Assembly: GCF_006345805.1 (NCBI RefSeq)
Contig: NC_043018.1
Span: 17,794,001 to 17,858,000 of the forward strand
Length of the DNA stretch: 64,000 nucleotides
Reading direction: 5' to 3'
Source: Octopus sinensis
Taxonomy: Eukaryota
The stretch's first letter is position 1, and each line of letters starts with the position of its first letter. Both the position numbers and the translations under genes were made by a program. Positions 38,025-51,899 of the stretch are shown here, piece after piece. Below the pieces are notes generated by a model. It was not told the DNA's origin and did not search any database. It was given only the letters and a program-made list of their open reading frames with translations.

Positions 38025-38690
38025 ATGATGCAACTCCAACCAAGTAAAGCTACAAAGTTGACTAGTTACGTATCGATCTTGAAAGATAACGAAACACCGC
38101 ATGTGATTGAATGGAAAGTAATTGAGAAATCCATACCTTCTGTGAATAGACTGAATAAATGTAGGTTTTGCATAGCTGAAAGATCGCAGATCCTGTTCAG
38201 ATCTACGAGCCCTAACTTTCTACTGAACTCCAGGTCAGAAATTTTCAGTGGTTGCATGCATATGTATAAATACATTTTGAAGGAATGGAAAAATCCACCT
38301 ATTTCTGACCAAATTGATGTTTCCAGCCCAATCATTTAAGGTCTAAGGGAGATAACTCATTTACCTTTTTAACTTTTGATTTTGTACTTCTTATTCTTAC
38401 ATTTTAGTTTTTGGATTTTCGTTTTCCCTTTGTCGTTTTTCATTTTCATTTTGTTTGGACTTTCTGCATTTTCTATATGCTGTCTTCTCATTTTTTTCGC
38501 GTTTCTTCTATCATTTCATATTTTTAGTTCGGTATGATATGTGGTTTGCGCCTGATGAATATGCTTGAGTATTTCTCAACATATGACGCTATTAGTAGCG
38601 CTTAAAAACATTAATTGTGTCCTTTAAAAACATAATATTTATCTCTCACCATATGGAGTACTTGTTGAATTTTTTATCACGGAACAGTAC

Positions 38691-38695
<5 letters not shown>
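38025..38695 (+). mobile_element. Penelope-like element 3' part: GIY-YIG endonuclease C-terminus + T-rich 3' UTR/pLTR
   Basis: ORF 38025-38339 ATKLTSYVSILKD...IEWKVIEKSIPS..NKCRFCIAERSQIL...LLNSRSEIFSGCMH matches the T.LS.Y...LK...W.I...C.LC..E...LN.R.E...C.H pattern of Naiad-type PLE endonucleases; ends at (TA)n. Confidence 0.82.
38548..38601 (+). ncRNA. Decayed hammerhead ribozyme in PLE 3' end
   Basis: gcgc-CTGATGA-atatgcttgag(tattt)ctcaacatat-GAcg-ctattag-ta-gcgc; GAAA mutated to GACG. Confidence 0.62.
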
Positions 38696-38731
<36 letters not shown>

Positions 38732-38747
38732 GGGGGGGGCGTGTGTG

Positions 38748-38951
38748 TAATTAATAATATCAAGGGTAATAAGTAATATTAGAAATTTCTACTACCAGTG
38801 GCCTGGCATGTAAAAAAATATATTCATATTATCATATAAATGAAGTATACATTTAAACATATAAGAGGCATCCATCATAGGAAGTTAACTGTTCTTTCTA
38901 GCGTACAAGGAGTCATATGAGGAATACCTCTTATGTGTTTAAATGTACACT
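38748..38951 (-). mobile_element. Tail + fold-back insertion beside (TA)n
   Basis: Arms agtatacatttaaacatataagagg (38844-38868) / cctcttatgtgtttaaatgtacact (38927-38951); unique extension on the left. Confidence 0.6.
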
Positions 38952-38952
38952 G

Positions 38953-39002
<50 letters not shown>

Positions 39003-39777
39003 GATATTGTATCTTGGTTTGACAAACAGAAAAGCGTTCAAACATACCTCCAATCATTTGTATGTGCTTCTTCATAATGGATTGTATAAAATAAGGAATC
39101 CGAAGTTACTTTTCGATGCACCAAAAGTAATTGGTACTACAACATTAGATATGTTCAAGTAAGCGAATTGAGTCTTGACTACTGAGTCCAGACATAAAGT
39201 CTATCACGCGTGCATGAGTTTCCCATCTTTAATCTTACTTTTTTCTGCTGTATATGACTGCAAACTCTTGGGAAAATTTTCTTCTTTCCAACATCAAGGC
39301 TAGTGGAATATCGGTAAAAAAATTCTTCTTGATCATATATATTCATTTTTAATTAAACAGGTAGAATATTTAATCAACATTGGTCAACGCAAAACTGTTG
39401 GTACTCTTTACTGTAGTGGCCAGAGCATTGCTATAACTAGAGAACAGAATCATATCCCAGGTGTTTGCGCTAGAAGCTGACCTATGACGCTATATCAGTC
39501 ATTATTTATTCATACATGAGGTGTATATAATGCTGAAACACGAACAGTATTGTAGCTGTGTCTCTTCTAATTAAGTTTTCGAAACATTAGGTAGAATCTT
39601 AATGAAGTCACATAGCGGTCATTTAAATCTGGAGAATGGCTTGCACACACATTGATATTTAAACGTAAAGAAGTTGCAGTCTAAACACACACTCATACGT
39701 ACAGACATCCATACTAACATGTACATCCATTCAAACACACACGCACCCATGTATATAAGTATGTATCATATATATAA

Positions 39778-39855
<78 letters not shown>

Positions 39856-39877
39856 CGGTACACAGATAGGCAGAGAT

Positions 39878-40227
39878 TTTCTTTTTTCTTTTACTTATTT
39901 CAGTCAGTTGACTGTGGCCAAGCTGGAGCAACGCCTTTAGTCGGACAATTCGATCCCAGTACTTATTCTTTGTAAACCTAGTACTTATTCTATCGGTTAC
40001 TTTTGCTGAAGCGCTAATTTACGGGGACGTACACACACCATATATATATATATATATATATATACGACGGGCCTCTTCCAGTTACCGCCTACCAGATACA
40101 CTCACAAGGCTTTGGAAGGCCTAATGCTATAACAAAAGAAATTTACAGAAGGTGTCACACAATGGGACTGAACCTGGATCCATGTGTTTGGTAAGCAAGC
40201 TACTTACCAGACAGCCACTCTTGCGCC
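39878..40227 (-). mobile_element. SINE family B, diverged
   Basis: Head on minus ggcgcaagagtggctgtctggtaagtagcttgcttacc; tail gactgaaataagtaaaag. Confidence 0.82.
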
Positions 40228-40612
40228 TGATATATAAGATATATAGAAATTTGTATATATGCGTGTACGTTCGTTTGTGCGTGTAAATTTACCACCCCTC
40301 ACCAGACCAGACAAACACGCATACACCACACACACCACAACACACACACACACATACACACACACAACACACACACACACACCACACACACACAATATAT
40401 ATATATATATATATATACTACAAATTAGAGAATGGAGAAATATACTTAAATCAGTAAAACATCAACTATCCGATGATACTCAATCCATACTTTAATACAC
40501 CATTACATATGAGTAAAGGCAATACATAAAATGAAATGAGATATACAGTAATAGTAACAAGATAAAGAGATATAAGTAAAAAATTTTCAAATATAATATG
40601 CATAAATCAAAA

Positions 40613-40720
40613 CTGACAGCTGTTTCGGCAGTGAGGACAGTCATACCTCATTTAACCTATAAGCCATAAAGGCAGGTATAAATGAGGCATTAACAAGGAT
40701 GCCCCACGGCCTCTTCAGAG
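40613..40720 (-). ncRNA. Hammerhead ribozyme (PLE type) with long helix II, copy 1
   Basis: Minus strand ct-CTGAAGA-ggc...gcc-GAAA-cagctg-TC-ag. Confidence 0.78.
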
Positions 40721-41059
40721 AATTAATTAAATTTGTTATAATAGTGAAAAATATTATACAATCATATACATATAAATATAAAATATAAAATGTAAAATAT
40801 AAAACTTATACATCATAAAGCTACACTTATATAATATAATACACATTTGTACAAAAAGGAAGGTAAACAGAACAAAATAAAACAAAATATAATAGTGTAT
40901 ATATTAATATCAATAAGTACCGATATTATACATATTTGGCTAATAGTTTTTTTTATATATATATAAAAAAAAGGCTAACATATGGAGATGAAAAATAATA
41001 ATTAAATCCGTGGTACAGTTCATAAGATTCTAAAGCTATAAAAGTTAATAAAAATTACT

Positions 41060-41090
<31 letters not shown>

Positions 41091-42821
41091 TAATAATATA
41101 ATAATAATAATATAATAATAAAAATATAATAAAAAATAGATACAGTTAAGTTAGCACCAAGTCCATCCTTACAAGATCGAAATAACTATGAGTTAAGAAA
41201 TGCTGACCACTAGGTAAAGAAAATATAGATTAATTCGATTGCTATTGGTTTGAAATTTAAATCACAAAAGAAAATTATACGGTTGGTTAGTCAGGGAACG
41301 CCAATATCACACACGCATCTACAGATCAATCGCACATACACACATAGTAATATGTATATGCATACACTTATACACATACATAATTACAAGTAACAACTAG
41401 CACATAGATAAACAAAAAGGGAAGCAACTATGCTACAATTTAGTCCTTCAAAATTATAATTGTGCCTCAATAATAAAAGAAGAACCATCCATGCATTCCA
41501 TAAAATATTTAATTTAGATATAAATATATTTTTAAATATCAGTATGTTACTAAGTCAGATACTTATTTCATGGGTAACTTAAAATTTATAACACCGGTTT
41601 GTTGCAGAGTAAACATACGGTGTGTTAGATTTATCGTAAGTTTGTTATGGTTTTAAGTACGCTAAATTATAAATATAAAATATAAAATATATATTAATTT
41701 AAATATTATAAATAAGTCACTTATTAACTTAATAATATAGTGCCATAATATACCAGTTTAGGCATTAAAGAATAGAAGGGGAAGTATTAATGTAAACGCT
41801 TATGAAAACATCACAGAAATTTTAAATAATTTATATTATAAAGACTTAAGATGAAAAGAGATAAAATAAATAAGAAGGAATAAATACGGTTATACACATA
41901 ATTATAAGTACAAACCAGTATATATGTATTCATATATTATTAAAATTAAATAAAATAAAAATAAATGATAGATATGTATGTATAAAACTACCCCAGTATA
42001 AGTAAATAAGTAAAAAATAAATAGGTAGCAAATTAGATGACTTGATATGTATGTAAACATCTACACTTAAATAGGCAAATAAATAAATAAATAGAAGACT
42101 AGATGCAAAAATTGATAATATTACAATAAATGGAAAATAAATAAAAAATAATAAATAGAGTGAATATATATGTTATATTGTTGAAAGTAAATATGTATGG
42201 AAGGATAGTTTAAAGTACAGATCCAGAAGACTATAGATATAAACTAAATATATGAGGCTGGTAATAATTATAAAGCATAATGCATGTAAATGAGAAAATG
42301 AAAAAAATGAAAAAGGTTTTCAGTGAATAGCATAAGATACAAATTAAGGTGAGTACAAAAAGACCAAATTACAATAAAACCTTCCAAATAAACACATACA
42401 AAAACCTATAATCTCAACCTAAACCCACCAAACTCACAAAAGGCTCTCATATATTACATATTATACAATATCATTACATTATCCAGAGCTAGGTATCTAC
42501 CCAAGATATATATATATACTATGCAATATACTATGCAATATTGGAAAACTTCAAAAATCACACATTACAAGGCAAGTACCAAAATGAATATGTTATTTTA
42601 TGTCATATTGCAATTCTCTAAAAAACAAACAAAACCCCACATACAAAAAACAAGAACCAATAATACTAGACACATCCATTAATTATTATACAAATGTAGC
42701 TATAAAAATTATAAAATTATAAAATATATAAATTGTATACTTTAGAAATTATAGAAGACCACAGGTATATTTAGTTAAAGAAGGGAGTTAAAAAATTAAT
42801 AATAGTGGAAGTGCTAAGTTC

Positions 42822-43279
42822 TATTTGAATCTAGAAAAGGTGAACGGTAGCCTATGAATACAAAGAAGTTTTTTTCATTAATGTTGTTAATAATTTGCCG
42901 ACCCGCTTTAATAATGAAGAAAATTTCATTAATACATAGAGAGCATTTTTTATTTTTTTCCATTATACACAGGTGCTGAAGTTAGTATTTTCCAGTTTAA
43001 TCTAAAATCTAAGTTCTTATTTTTAAGCTCCCAAATGTATGCACTTAGCCCTGTAGAGTACATTCTATTTTTATTCCTAAAAGTATATCTGTGATAATTC
43101 CATCTTTGTTTTATGCTATTCATAGTTGCCCCGATATACACCCTACTACTCAATTGTGTATCTACAGTGCATTGGTAAACTACCTCCTTCCTGAGGCATT
43201 GATTACCAAATACACATTTATTTTTATTTCTGCAATTACAAAGATTAACAGAATGAGGAAATCTAAAATTGGACAACAC
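42822..43279 (-). pseudogene. Penelope-like GIY-YIG endonuclease (Naiad-type pattern), frameshifted
   Basis: CNCRNKNKCVFGNQCLRKEVVYQCTV...YIGAT...KQRWNYHRYTF...TGLSAYIWELK...WKIL; continues after a frameshift near 42950 as KCSLCINEIFFII...INNINEKNFFCIH. Confidence 0.9.
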
Positions 43280-43719
43280 CTATACTACTATTCACATTAT
43301 AAGTGTTACAATTGTTATCATCATCCAAACCCAAAATCAACGAATGAGTTAATTTCACATTATCGGCTATATTTCCTATCACTAGTACTAGTATTGGTAG
43401 TAGTAGTATGATCTATTTCATTTATATTATCTCTGACAGGTATGGTGCACTCATTATTAGTAAGGAGGATGTTCCCATTTGTTCCAAGAAAGTTTCTATT
43501 CCTATTATTAATGAAGATCTGTAGATGCGTGTGTGAATATTGGCGTCCCTGACTAACCAACCGTATAATTTTCTTTTGTGATTTAAATTTCAAACCAATA
43601 GCCATCGAATTAATCTATATTTTCTTTACCTAGTGGTCAGCATTTCTTAACTCATAGTTATTTCGATCTTGTAAGGATGGACTTGGTGCTAACTTAACTG
43701 TATCTATTTTTTTTATATA

Positions 43720-43774
<55 letters not shown>

Positions 43775-44140
43775 TTATTATTATTATTATTATTAATAGT
43801 AATTTTTATTAACTTTTATAGCTTTAGAATCTTATGAACTGTACCACGGATTTAATTTTATTTTTCATCTCCATATATGTTAGCCTTTTTTTATATATAT
43901 ATAAAAAAAACTATTAGCCAAATATGTATAATATCGGTATTTATTGATATTAATATATACACTATTATATATTTGTTTTATTTTGTTCTGTTTACCTTCC
44001 TTTTTGTACAAATGTGTATTATATTATATAAGTGTAGCTTTATGATGTATAAGTTTTTATATTTACATTTTTATATTTTTATATTTTTATATGTATGATT
44101 GTATAATATTTTTCACTATTATAACAAATTTAATTTAATT

Positions 44141-44247
44141 CTCTGAAGAGGCCGTGGGCATCCTTGTTAATGCCTCATTTATACCTGCCGTTATGGCTTA
44201 TAGGTTAAATGAGGTATGACTGTCCTCACTGCCGAAACAGCTGTCAG
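44141..44247 (+). ncRNA. Hammerhead ribozyme (PLE type) with long helix II, copy 2
   Basis: CTGAAGA 44143-44149, GGC/GCC closing helix II, GAAA 44234-44237, palindromic ACAGCTGT helix III, GUC cleavage triplet ending 44245. Confidence 0.8.
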
Positions 44248-46439
44248 TTTTGATTTATTTGCATATTATATTTGAAATTTTTTACTTATATCTCTTTATC
44301 TTGTTACTATTACTGTATATCTCATTTCATTTTATGTATTGCCTTTACTCATATGTAATGGTGTATTAAAGTATGGATTGAGTATCATCGGATAGTTGAT
44401 GTTTTACTGATTTAAGTATATTTCTCCATTCTCTATTTTGTAGTATTAATTTACGGTAATATTATTACCTTTACCCATATAATGCAAAGATGAACTGATT
44501 GTTTGACAATTTTTAACATCTATGTATTAATTTTGTTGGGTACCTATCTAGCAGTATATTGGATATATATTATCCCATGGTGGGTTGAATTTTCAACCCC
44601 TATCTCATTTTATAACCTATATATATATATATATATATATGAATATGTATGTATATATGTATGTATTTATGTATGTATGCATGTATACATATATGTATAT
44701 ATATAAATTCTGTGTTACTACGTATTGTTCCTACGCAGGTATGTAAGTGTGTATTCTTGTGTGTGTGTGTATGAGTGCGTATGTGTGTGTGTATTTGTAT
44801 GTGTGTGTGTGTTTGTAGGTGTTTGTCTGTGCTAACAGAATCACGTATATTTACAAATTACTATATATCTTTATATCAATATATCTCTGTCTTTCCCTCC
44901 CTCTCTCACGCTCTCTCTCCCTCTCCCTCTCCCTCTCTTTTTACATATATGATACAAACTTATATACATGTGTGTGTCAATGCGTTTCAATGAATGTACA
45001 TGTTATAAGGTTGTCCCAAAAGTTCGTAGAAAGTCTTGGAAAATAATGGTCTTTATTTTGAGGAATAATTTTTGTTGCTTTTGTTAGTACTTGGCGAGTA
45101 ATAGTATATATGTTTGTACGTATGAGCGTGTGTTTAGAGTGCAGCGAATCTACAGCATCATGTAACCGTGAATAGCCACAACCTCAATAAACCTTTTCCA
45201 TTTACAGTTTCTGATGGGAGTTGAAATTTTAAAGCAGCAGGTTACTGCGCAATTCGCATATAACAGGATATCAGAATTAACAAGTGTTGCTGAAGCTTGG
45301 CTCGCTTGCTCCTCTATTTCTTCTTTTCATTTATTATGAGATCTGGATTAAATAAATTGTAAATGTTGAAATATTAAATATCTGCATAAGAAATCCATAA
45401 ACATAATGGAATTTAATTTTCGCTCTTCACCGTGTTTATAATTAGAAATTGCTCTGAGAGTATTACAGAGAATTAAAATATTGCCGAGTGTATTGATCCT
45501 CAATATTTCATAATGAATATTGAGTATTTAATAAATTAGTATTCAAGTAGTTCTAACAGAAAAGAACCGTATTCTCAACTCTGTAGGAATTCAAATCTAG
45601 ACGCGTTTTTGTTTTAGCCGAATTCATTATGAGTTGGTAAATGATTATCGAAAATTCTAGTAATGTTCTTATACTTCATATCTATCTAGGAGAGACAATG
45701 GAAACCAGGAAATCGATTCCGTTTCTCATACAGGATACATCTGCAGCTGAGGAGTTAAAAAATTTAATTTACAACACTGTGGTTTTGAGTTCAATCCTCT
45801 TACACAGCACCATGGCAAATTGTCTTCTACCAAAGCTATGGATTAACCAATGTGTTTGGAATAAAATTTGGTTAATGAGAGTATTGTGAAAGTATCTCGG
45901 ATATGGTCCTTCCGTTTTCAGTTGTTCGAGTTAATTCCGCTTAATTCTGCTGAACACCAACGACTCTATCCGAGGCGGACTTTCGCAAAATTGGGCTTAT
46001 ATCATTAAAGAATAAAATGTGTAAAGATGGAGGCTGCACATTATCCTTTGTTCGACGAAAAATAACAATAATATTTTTTTTTTTTTAAGCCGATAAAACA
46101 AATGGAAATATATCTTGTAACATGTAATACAAGATGAACTCTGTCTGACTGTACAAGGTGGTCATGTTTAGAGAGTCTTTGTATGTAGGTTCTGGTTTGA
46201 CAAAGAATAATCTACCTTAAACAATGCAAAAACGATTTTAGTTTCTTTTGCTTGTTAACATTGCGGAATATTTCAGGTGATGGTCATAATGGCCGATGTG
46301 GTTTATATCGACAGTGGAATATGTTCAGGTGCTAGAATAGGGCGAGTTCCAATTGTGGGTGTTTCTCATCGAACGAATTCAAGTTCTAGCTATTATTTCC
46401 GTTTACACGTAGAATATATGTATTACTGTATTACCACCA

Positions 46440-46697
46440 GGCAACCGAGATTTTTTAGTCACGAGATGAAGAAAGACGTCCGGAAGAATATGGCGATAAC
46501 CGGAAAGATTGAAGTGAAAAGAAACAGAGGAGGGATACGGATGAGATGGATTCCAAGCTTGGCGAAGTGGGCGGACGAAAGAGGCATTAAACATCAGGAT
46601 GTGGAACTGTTATAGGAAACGAAGGACAGAGAGTGGTGGCGGGACATGATTGCTATTGTCCTAACACAATGGGCATGACAACAGAAGAAGAAAAAGA
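46440..46697 (+). mobile_element. RTE LINE 3' end fragment
   Basis: QPRFFSHEMKK...ITGKIEVKRNRGGIRMRW...ELL*ETKDREWWRDMI resembles RTE GKIEGKR.RGR...DR..WR terminus; (GAA)n tail. Confidence 0.8.
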
Positions 46698-47311
46698 TGT
46701 ACCATGTATTGAGTGCGTTTTTGTTTGCTATTAGGAACGTATACACATACACATTGTTTATGAAAACAATATTTGGATTTCGATTAATTTGGCTTTCACT
46801 CCGAAGGCAGGTGTCTTTATGCTGATAGGTGGAATCTTTTAATCGTTTGTATTTGTAGATGTGCATGTGAGTGTGTGTATATATCACTGGAGACCAACTG
46901 AATATAATCGAATGGATCATATTGGCTTAAATATTTCAAATTGATATCTCTTTCTTAATCAACCGACATTTCACCTTTTGCAGCTGTTGTTCAAGTAAAG
47001 CATTTACATTTAAACAATTTCTAAGAATCACAGAGCCATATATAATTCCAGTCCTAAACATTTGTTTTCACAGAGTTAATCCCACGAGACGCAAATCTCT
47101 CTTTGCTTTCAACATTTGTAGATCATCTTGCTGTTTAGCGTTGGCCTTCTCAATTGACACATGGCCTCAAATAAGGCGACCTACCATACACATAGATATA
47201 AATTTGTGTATGTGTGTGTGTATGTGTGTGTGTTTGCGAGAAAAGACAGACTGACAACAATCTCATAGATGTAAGTACATTCACATACAAGGCAAACAAA
47301 TGTATATATAT

Positions 47312-47555
47312 TTTTCCTCTCATTTGTTTCAGTCATTTGACTGCGGCCATGCTGGAGCACCGCTCTTAGTCGGGCAAATCGACCCCATGACTTATTATTT
47401 ACAAGCCTAGTACTTATTCTATCGGTCCCTTTTGCCGAAATGCTAATTTACGGGGACGTAAACATACCAGCATCGGTTTTCAAGCGATGCTGGGAGGTAC
47501 AAACACAGACAAACAAATACACACAACACACACACACACACACACACACACATAT

Positions 47556-47588
<33 letters not shown>

Positions 47589-47742
47589 TATGTATGTATA
47601 CGACGGGCTTCTTTCAGTTTCCATCTACCAAATCCACTCACATGGCTTTGGTCAGCCTGAGACTATAGTAGAAAACACTTGCCCAATGTGACACGTAGTG
47701 GGACTGAACCCGGAACCACTTATCACACAGCCACTCCTGCGC
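47312..47742 (-). mobile_element. SINE family B
   Basis: Reverse complement of the 2647-3047 sequence incl. internal microsatellite. Confidence 0.88.
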
Positions 47743-47756
47743 TATATATGTATGTA

Positions 47757-47792
<36 letters not shown>

Positions 47793-48847
47793 CAGTGCCA
47801 AATTCGGGATTATTCGACAGAGTCTTAAAAGAAGCTGGAGTCTATTTCATGCGCTCAGTAATCAGTCGGTGTTATAAACCAGTTACTGGGTTACGTCTAC
47901 CAAACACAAACAGGATCACTCTCATAGATGGAGCTTCCTACTGTATCCATCTTTGAATTAGACTATATGTGTTTGTGTGCATATACTACCGTGTGTATAT
48001 ACTGCTACCTGCATATAATGCTGCGTGCACATAACACTGCGTCTTTTTATGTTTTGTGTGTGCGCAAGCGAGTGAGTATGCGTATGAGGAACAATTCTCT
48101 TTCAAATATTGTTCGCAAGAGAAAATGGTGCTTTGAACATTATATTAGACGAAAATAAATCGTTGTTTTAGCAACGAAATGCCTATCCAATAAAACAGCA
48201 ATATATCTTTGGGAAAATGTGTATTCTAGTTTGTCAGATTGGAAATATAAACTTGAAACAATAAAGAAATGTCCACCATATATATTGGATATTAAAGACA
48301 CATAAATAGCCAATCATCTGCTAGCTTATTGTTATAGTAAATTATATGAATGGTAGAGACAATTGAACACAATATACTATTGCAAAACAGTTCTTATTGC
48401 TACTAAGATATCAAATAAGGAAAGTGGAACAAATGTCAAATAAATTCGCTTTGCGTTATATTACAATATGGTCCGTCTCCCGTAAGTGAAGAACATATTG
48501 GGTCTGTTTTTTTTTTCTTTGTGTATTGTTTTTTTTTCATCGTCGCTACTGCTTTTGATGTTGCTTTGTCTCTGTAGGACAATGTATGGACAGAACAGAA
48601 CAAGGACGAATGGAAGCGCAGCCATGACAATTCTATATTACAAAAATAATACACATAAAACTACATCATCCAACGACGTATTGGTGGGATTTCATGAAGA
48701 TTTTACTGATATTTTTATGGAAGTCCGGCACGAGATAGAAGTTCAAACGGCGGAAGTCGATAAAATCAACTGTTATGAATGCATACCTTTGTGTATGTTT
48801 ATGTGTGCATGCCTGCATATATATATATATATATATATATGCACGTG

Positions 48848-48913
<66 letters not shown>

Positions 48914-50075
48914 TATGTGTGTGTGTGTATGTGTATGATATATATATATGTGTGTGTGTGTATACAATATATACATATATGTATGTATTATACATATATA
49001 TATATTATATATATTTATAGATATATATATATATTATATTATATGTATATATATATAAATATATTTGTGTGTGTGTGTGTGTATGTGTATTTACAAATAT
49101 ATTAACATACATATATGCCTGATTTCACGGTTTCAAACCAGCCATATTGGACCTCAACCAATGCCAAGTTGAGCTGTAATTTCTCTATAAAGGGAACCGA
49201 GTATTGAAACTCTTGTCACAGATTAGGCAGTTACGCAATAACACCGACTTCCTCCATCTTACTCTACGTTTGAAAACCACAAAACTATGAAACTGTGAAA
49301 AAGTGCTTCTTAAAGACACCATTTGCAATTTCAGTTTAATTTATTTACATCACGTATATACCCACAGGCGCACAAATATATATATATACATTCGTATATA
49401 CATACATAACGTTTACTCATTTATTGTATATCATACATGTGTAAGCTTTACGTCACTATCCAGTTACTTTTCACCGCGATAAACAATGGTGACTAAATGA
49501 CAGAAGTTTATGAGACGAAGCAGAAATTTATTCCGAATATTTAACACTTCGGAAGTAATTAAGCTACTTGCATGAAAATTAGTTGATTATAATTAGACGC
49601 CAGATTGATTCTGCTCAAAATTTCTTTATAGAAATTCGAGTAGAAGTTTTTTTTTTTACCAAAGAAGATTCTGAAGCAAATAATATTCAGTTCGAACATT
49701 TCCTAAACTGCTCACGTAACATATTCCTAGATATGCATATAATAATACAGGCACAAAAATGTAAGGATATTAGCGAAGCAGACATGTCGATGAAATAAAT
49801 ATACGTCTATGTTCATTTATATCCACTTTTGTTAAAAGAATACTTTTGTTAAAATCTTTGATTTGAAATCTAGTTTCATACTGCTTAGCTAATATCATTA
49901 AATATTTAGTAATAAAGAAAAGAAACCAAAGATAAAATAAACCAAAGTATTGGAAAAATATACTTTTATAACATATATATGACAATATAATTTACAGTCA
50001 TTAGCGTTTCTTTGGAAATTTTGCTTTAGAATTCTGCTTTCATATCGATATTCGGATGTTCAAAAACATATAGAC

Positions 50076-50114
<39 letters not shown>

Positions 50115-50294
50115 ACACATATATATATACATACATATACGTACATGTGTATGTGTGTGTCTGTGTGTATGTGTGTGAGTAGTTGAGTGTGTAAATACAT
50201 ATATATATATAGATAAATGTATCCATATTATGTAAATTCATAATACATTATGTACGTTATGTGCATATAATATATATATATGTATGTAAATATA

Positions 50295-50368
<74 letters not shown>

Positions 50369-50499
50369 ACTATATATTAATTGATGTATATGTATGTGAG
50401 AGTTTGTACATACGGATATATATCTGAAGAGGAGCATATGCATAAAAACACATTTATAATTTTCTAGAGATACCAATCAACGCACACAGAAACCATATG

Positions 50500-50590
<91 letters not shown>

Positions 50591-51252
50591 TTTATATATT
50601 TATAATATATTTTATATATATATTTATATATATGCATACATATACAGATGTATGCAAAAATACATATTCATATATATATACAAACATACTTATACATACG
50701 CACGCATATATTTCAAAACTCCATCTGGGAAAGCTTGATCGGTGTGTAAATATGTAGCATGTGACGAATACTGTAACAAATCCAGCAGATTAAACTCTTG
50801 AATGGATGCTTTTACATACTTCAGTCGACATAATGAGAAAGTTAATTCTTTTAACAATTGATGAATTAGAAAGAAATCTATAAAAAGTTCGCATTTTAAA
50901 AAGAAATTAATCTCCCAGTCTCGCTGTCTCGTTTCTTCTCCTCAATCAATCATCAGAATTCCAATAAACTTACCTTTCTCTCTCTCTCTCTCTTTCTATC
51001 TATCTATCTATCTATCTATCTATATCTCTCTTTCTCTCACTCTCTCCCTCTCTCCCTCTCCCTTTTTCTCTCATTTGTTTTCCCTCTCTTCTATCACATC
51101 CTCAAATTTCACCATGTAAATGTTCGCTTATTACTCTTTCCATACATATCAGGTAAGAAGAGAAGAAATTTGATCAAATGAAATGTAAATTGACACATAC
51201 GCATGCGCACACACGCACATATCTAATGCCCACATATCTGCATATATCAACA

Positions 51253-51317
<65 letters not shown>

Positions 51318-51536
51318 ATATATATACACACACACTATATATATATCGTTGAGGTTTGTTCCGTTAAGAACGTATGAGTGTACAAATAGAGCCCGTTATA
51401 TTTATATATATATTGTATGTATATATATATATATACTTATATGACGATATTATTGTTTGGAATATCAGTGGCTAAGCATGCGTAAAAACCCATAACGATA
51501 AAAAAAAACATCAATTCATAAAGAAGGATAGTCTCA

Positions 51537-51575
<39 letters not shown>

Positions 51576-51899
51576 TATATATTTTTATACAGAATATATA
51601 AAGTGTTGTCCACTGACGCAACGCATTAGTTTTACCACTAAAACTCTGGTTTGACTCCTAGCTGAACGCGTGATGTTGACACTGCTTATCAGAAGCGGCT
51701 AGAAGTGTATTTTCCTTGAGCAATTAGATATAGGTTAAGGTGAATATGAAAAAGAAATCGTTTGGCATCACTTGAAAAAGAATTAATTTAGCAAGAGAAT
51801 ATAGTTATATAGCGTTTGTTACCGCTCTTTCTAGAATAACAAAACGCGTGAATCATTATATTGAGTAAGGATTCCATAGGCCGAGTATCAGATAGGGAG

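Larger units (their letters stand above)
40416..44620 (-). mobile_element. 5'-truncated Penelope-like element with ~0.9-kb inverted pLTR arms
   Basis: Arms 40416-41327 and 43516-44445 are near-identical reverse complements; GIY-YIG remnant between them; extension 44446-44620; (TA)n both flanks; hammerhead in each arm. Confidence 0.9.

Noticed and set aside
43360-43605. ORF as a PLE protein N-terminus
   Set aside because: Spans the inversion junction at 43516, so it is chimeric
46277-46440. Exon candidate after tttcag (also 48579)
   Set aside because: No recognisable protein; ORF length owes to the adjacent RTE fragment or microsatellite
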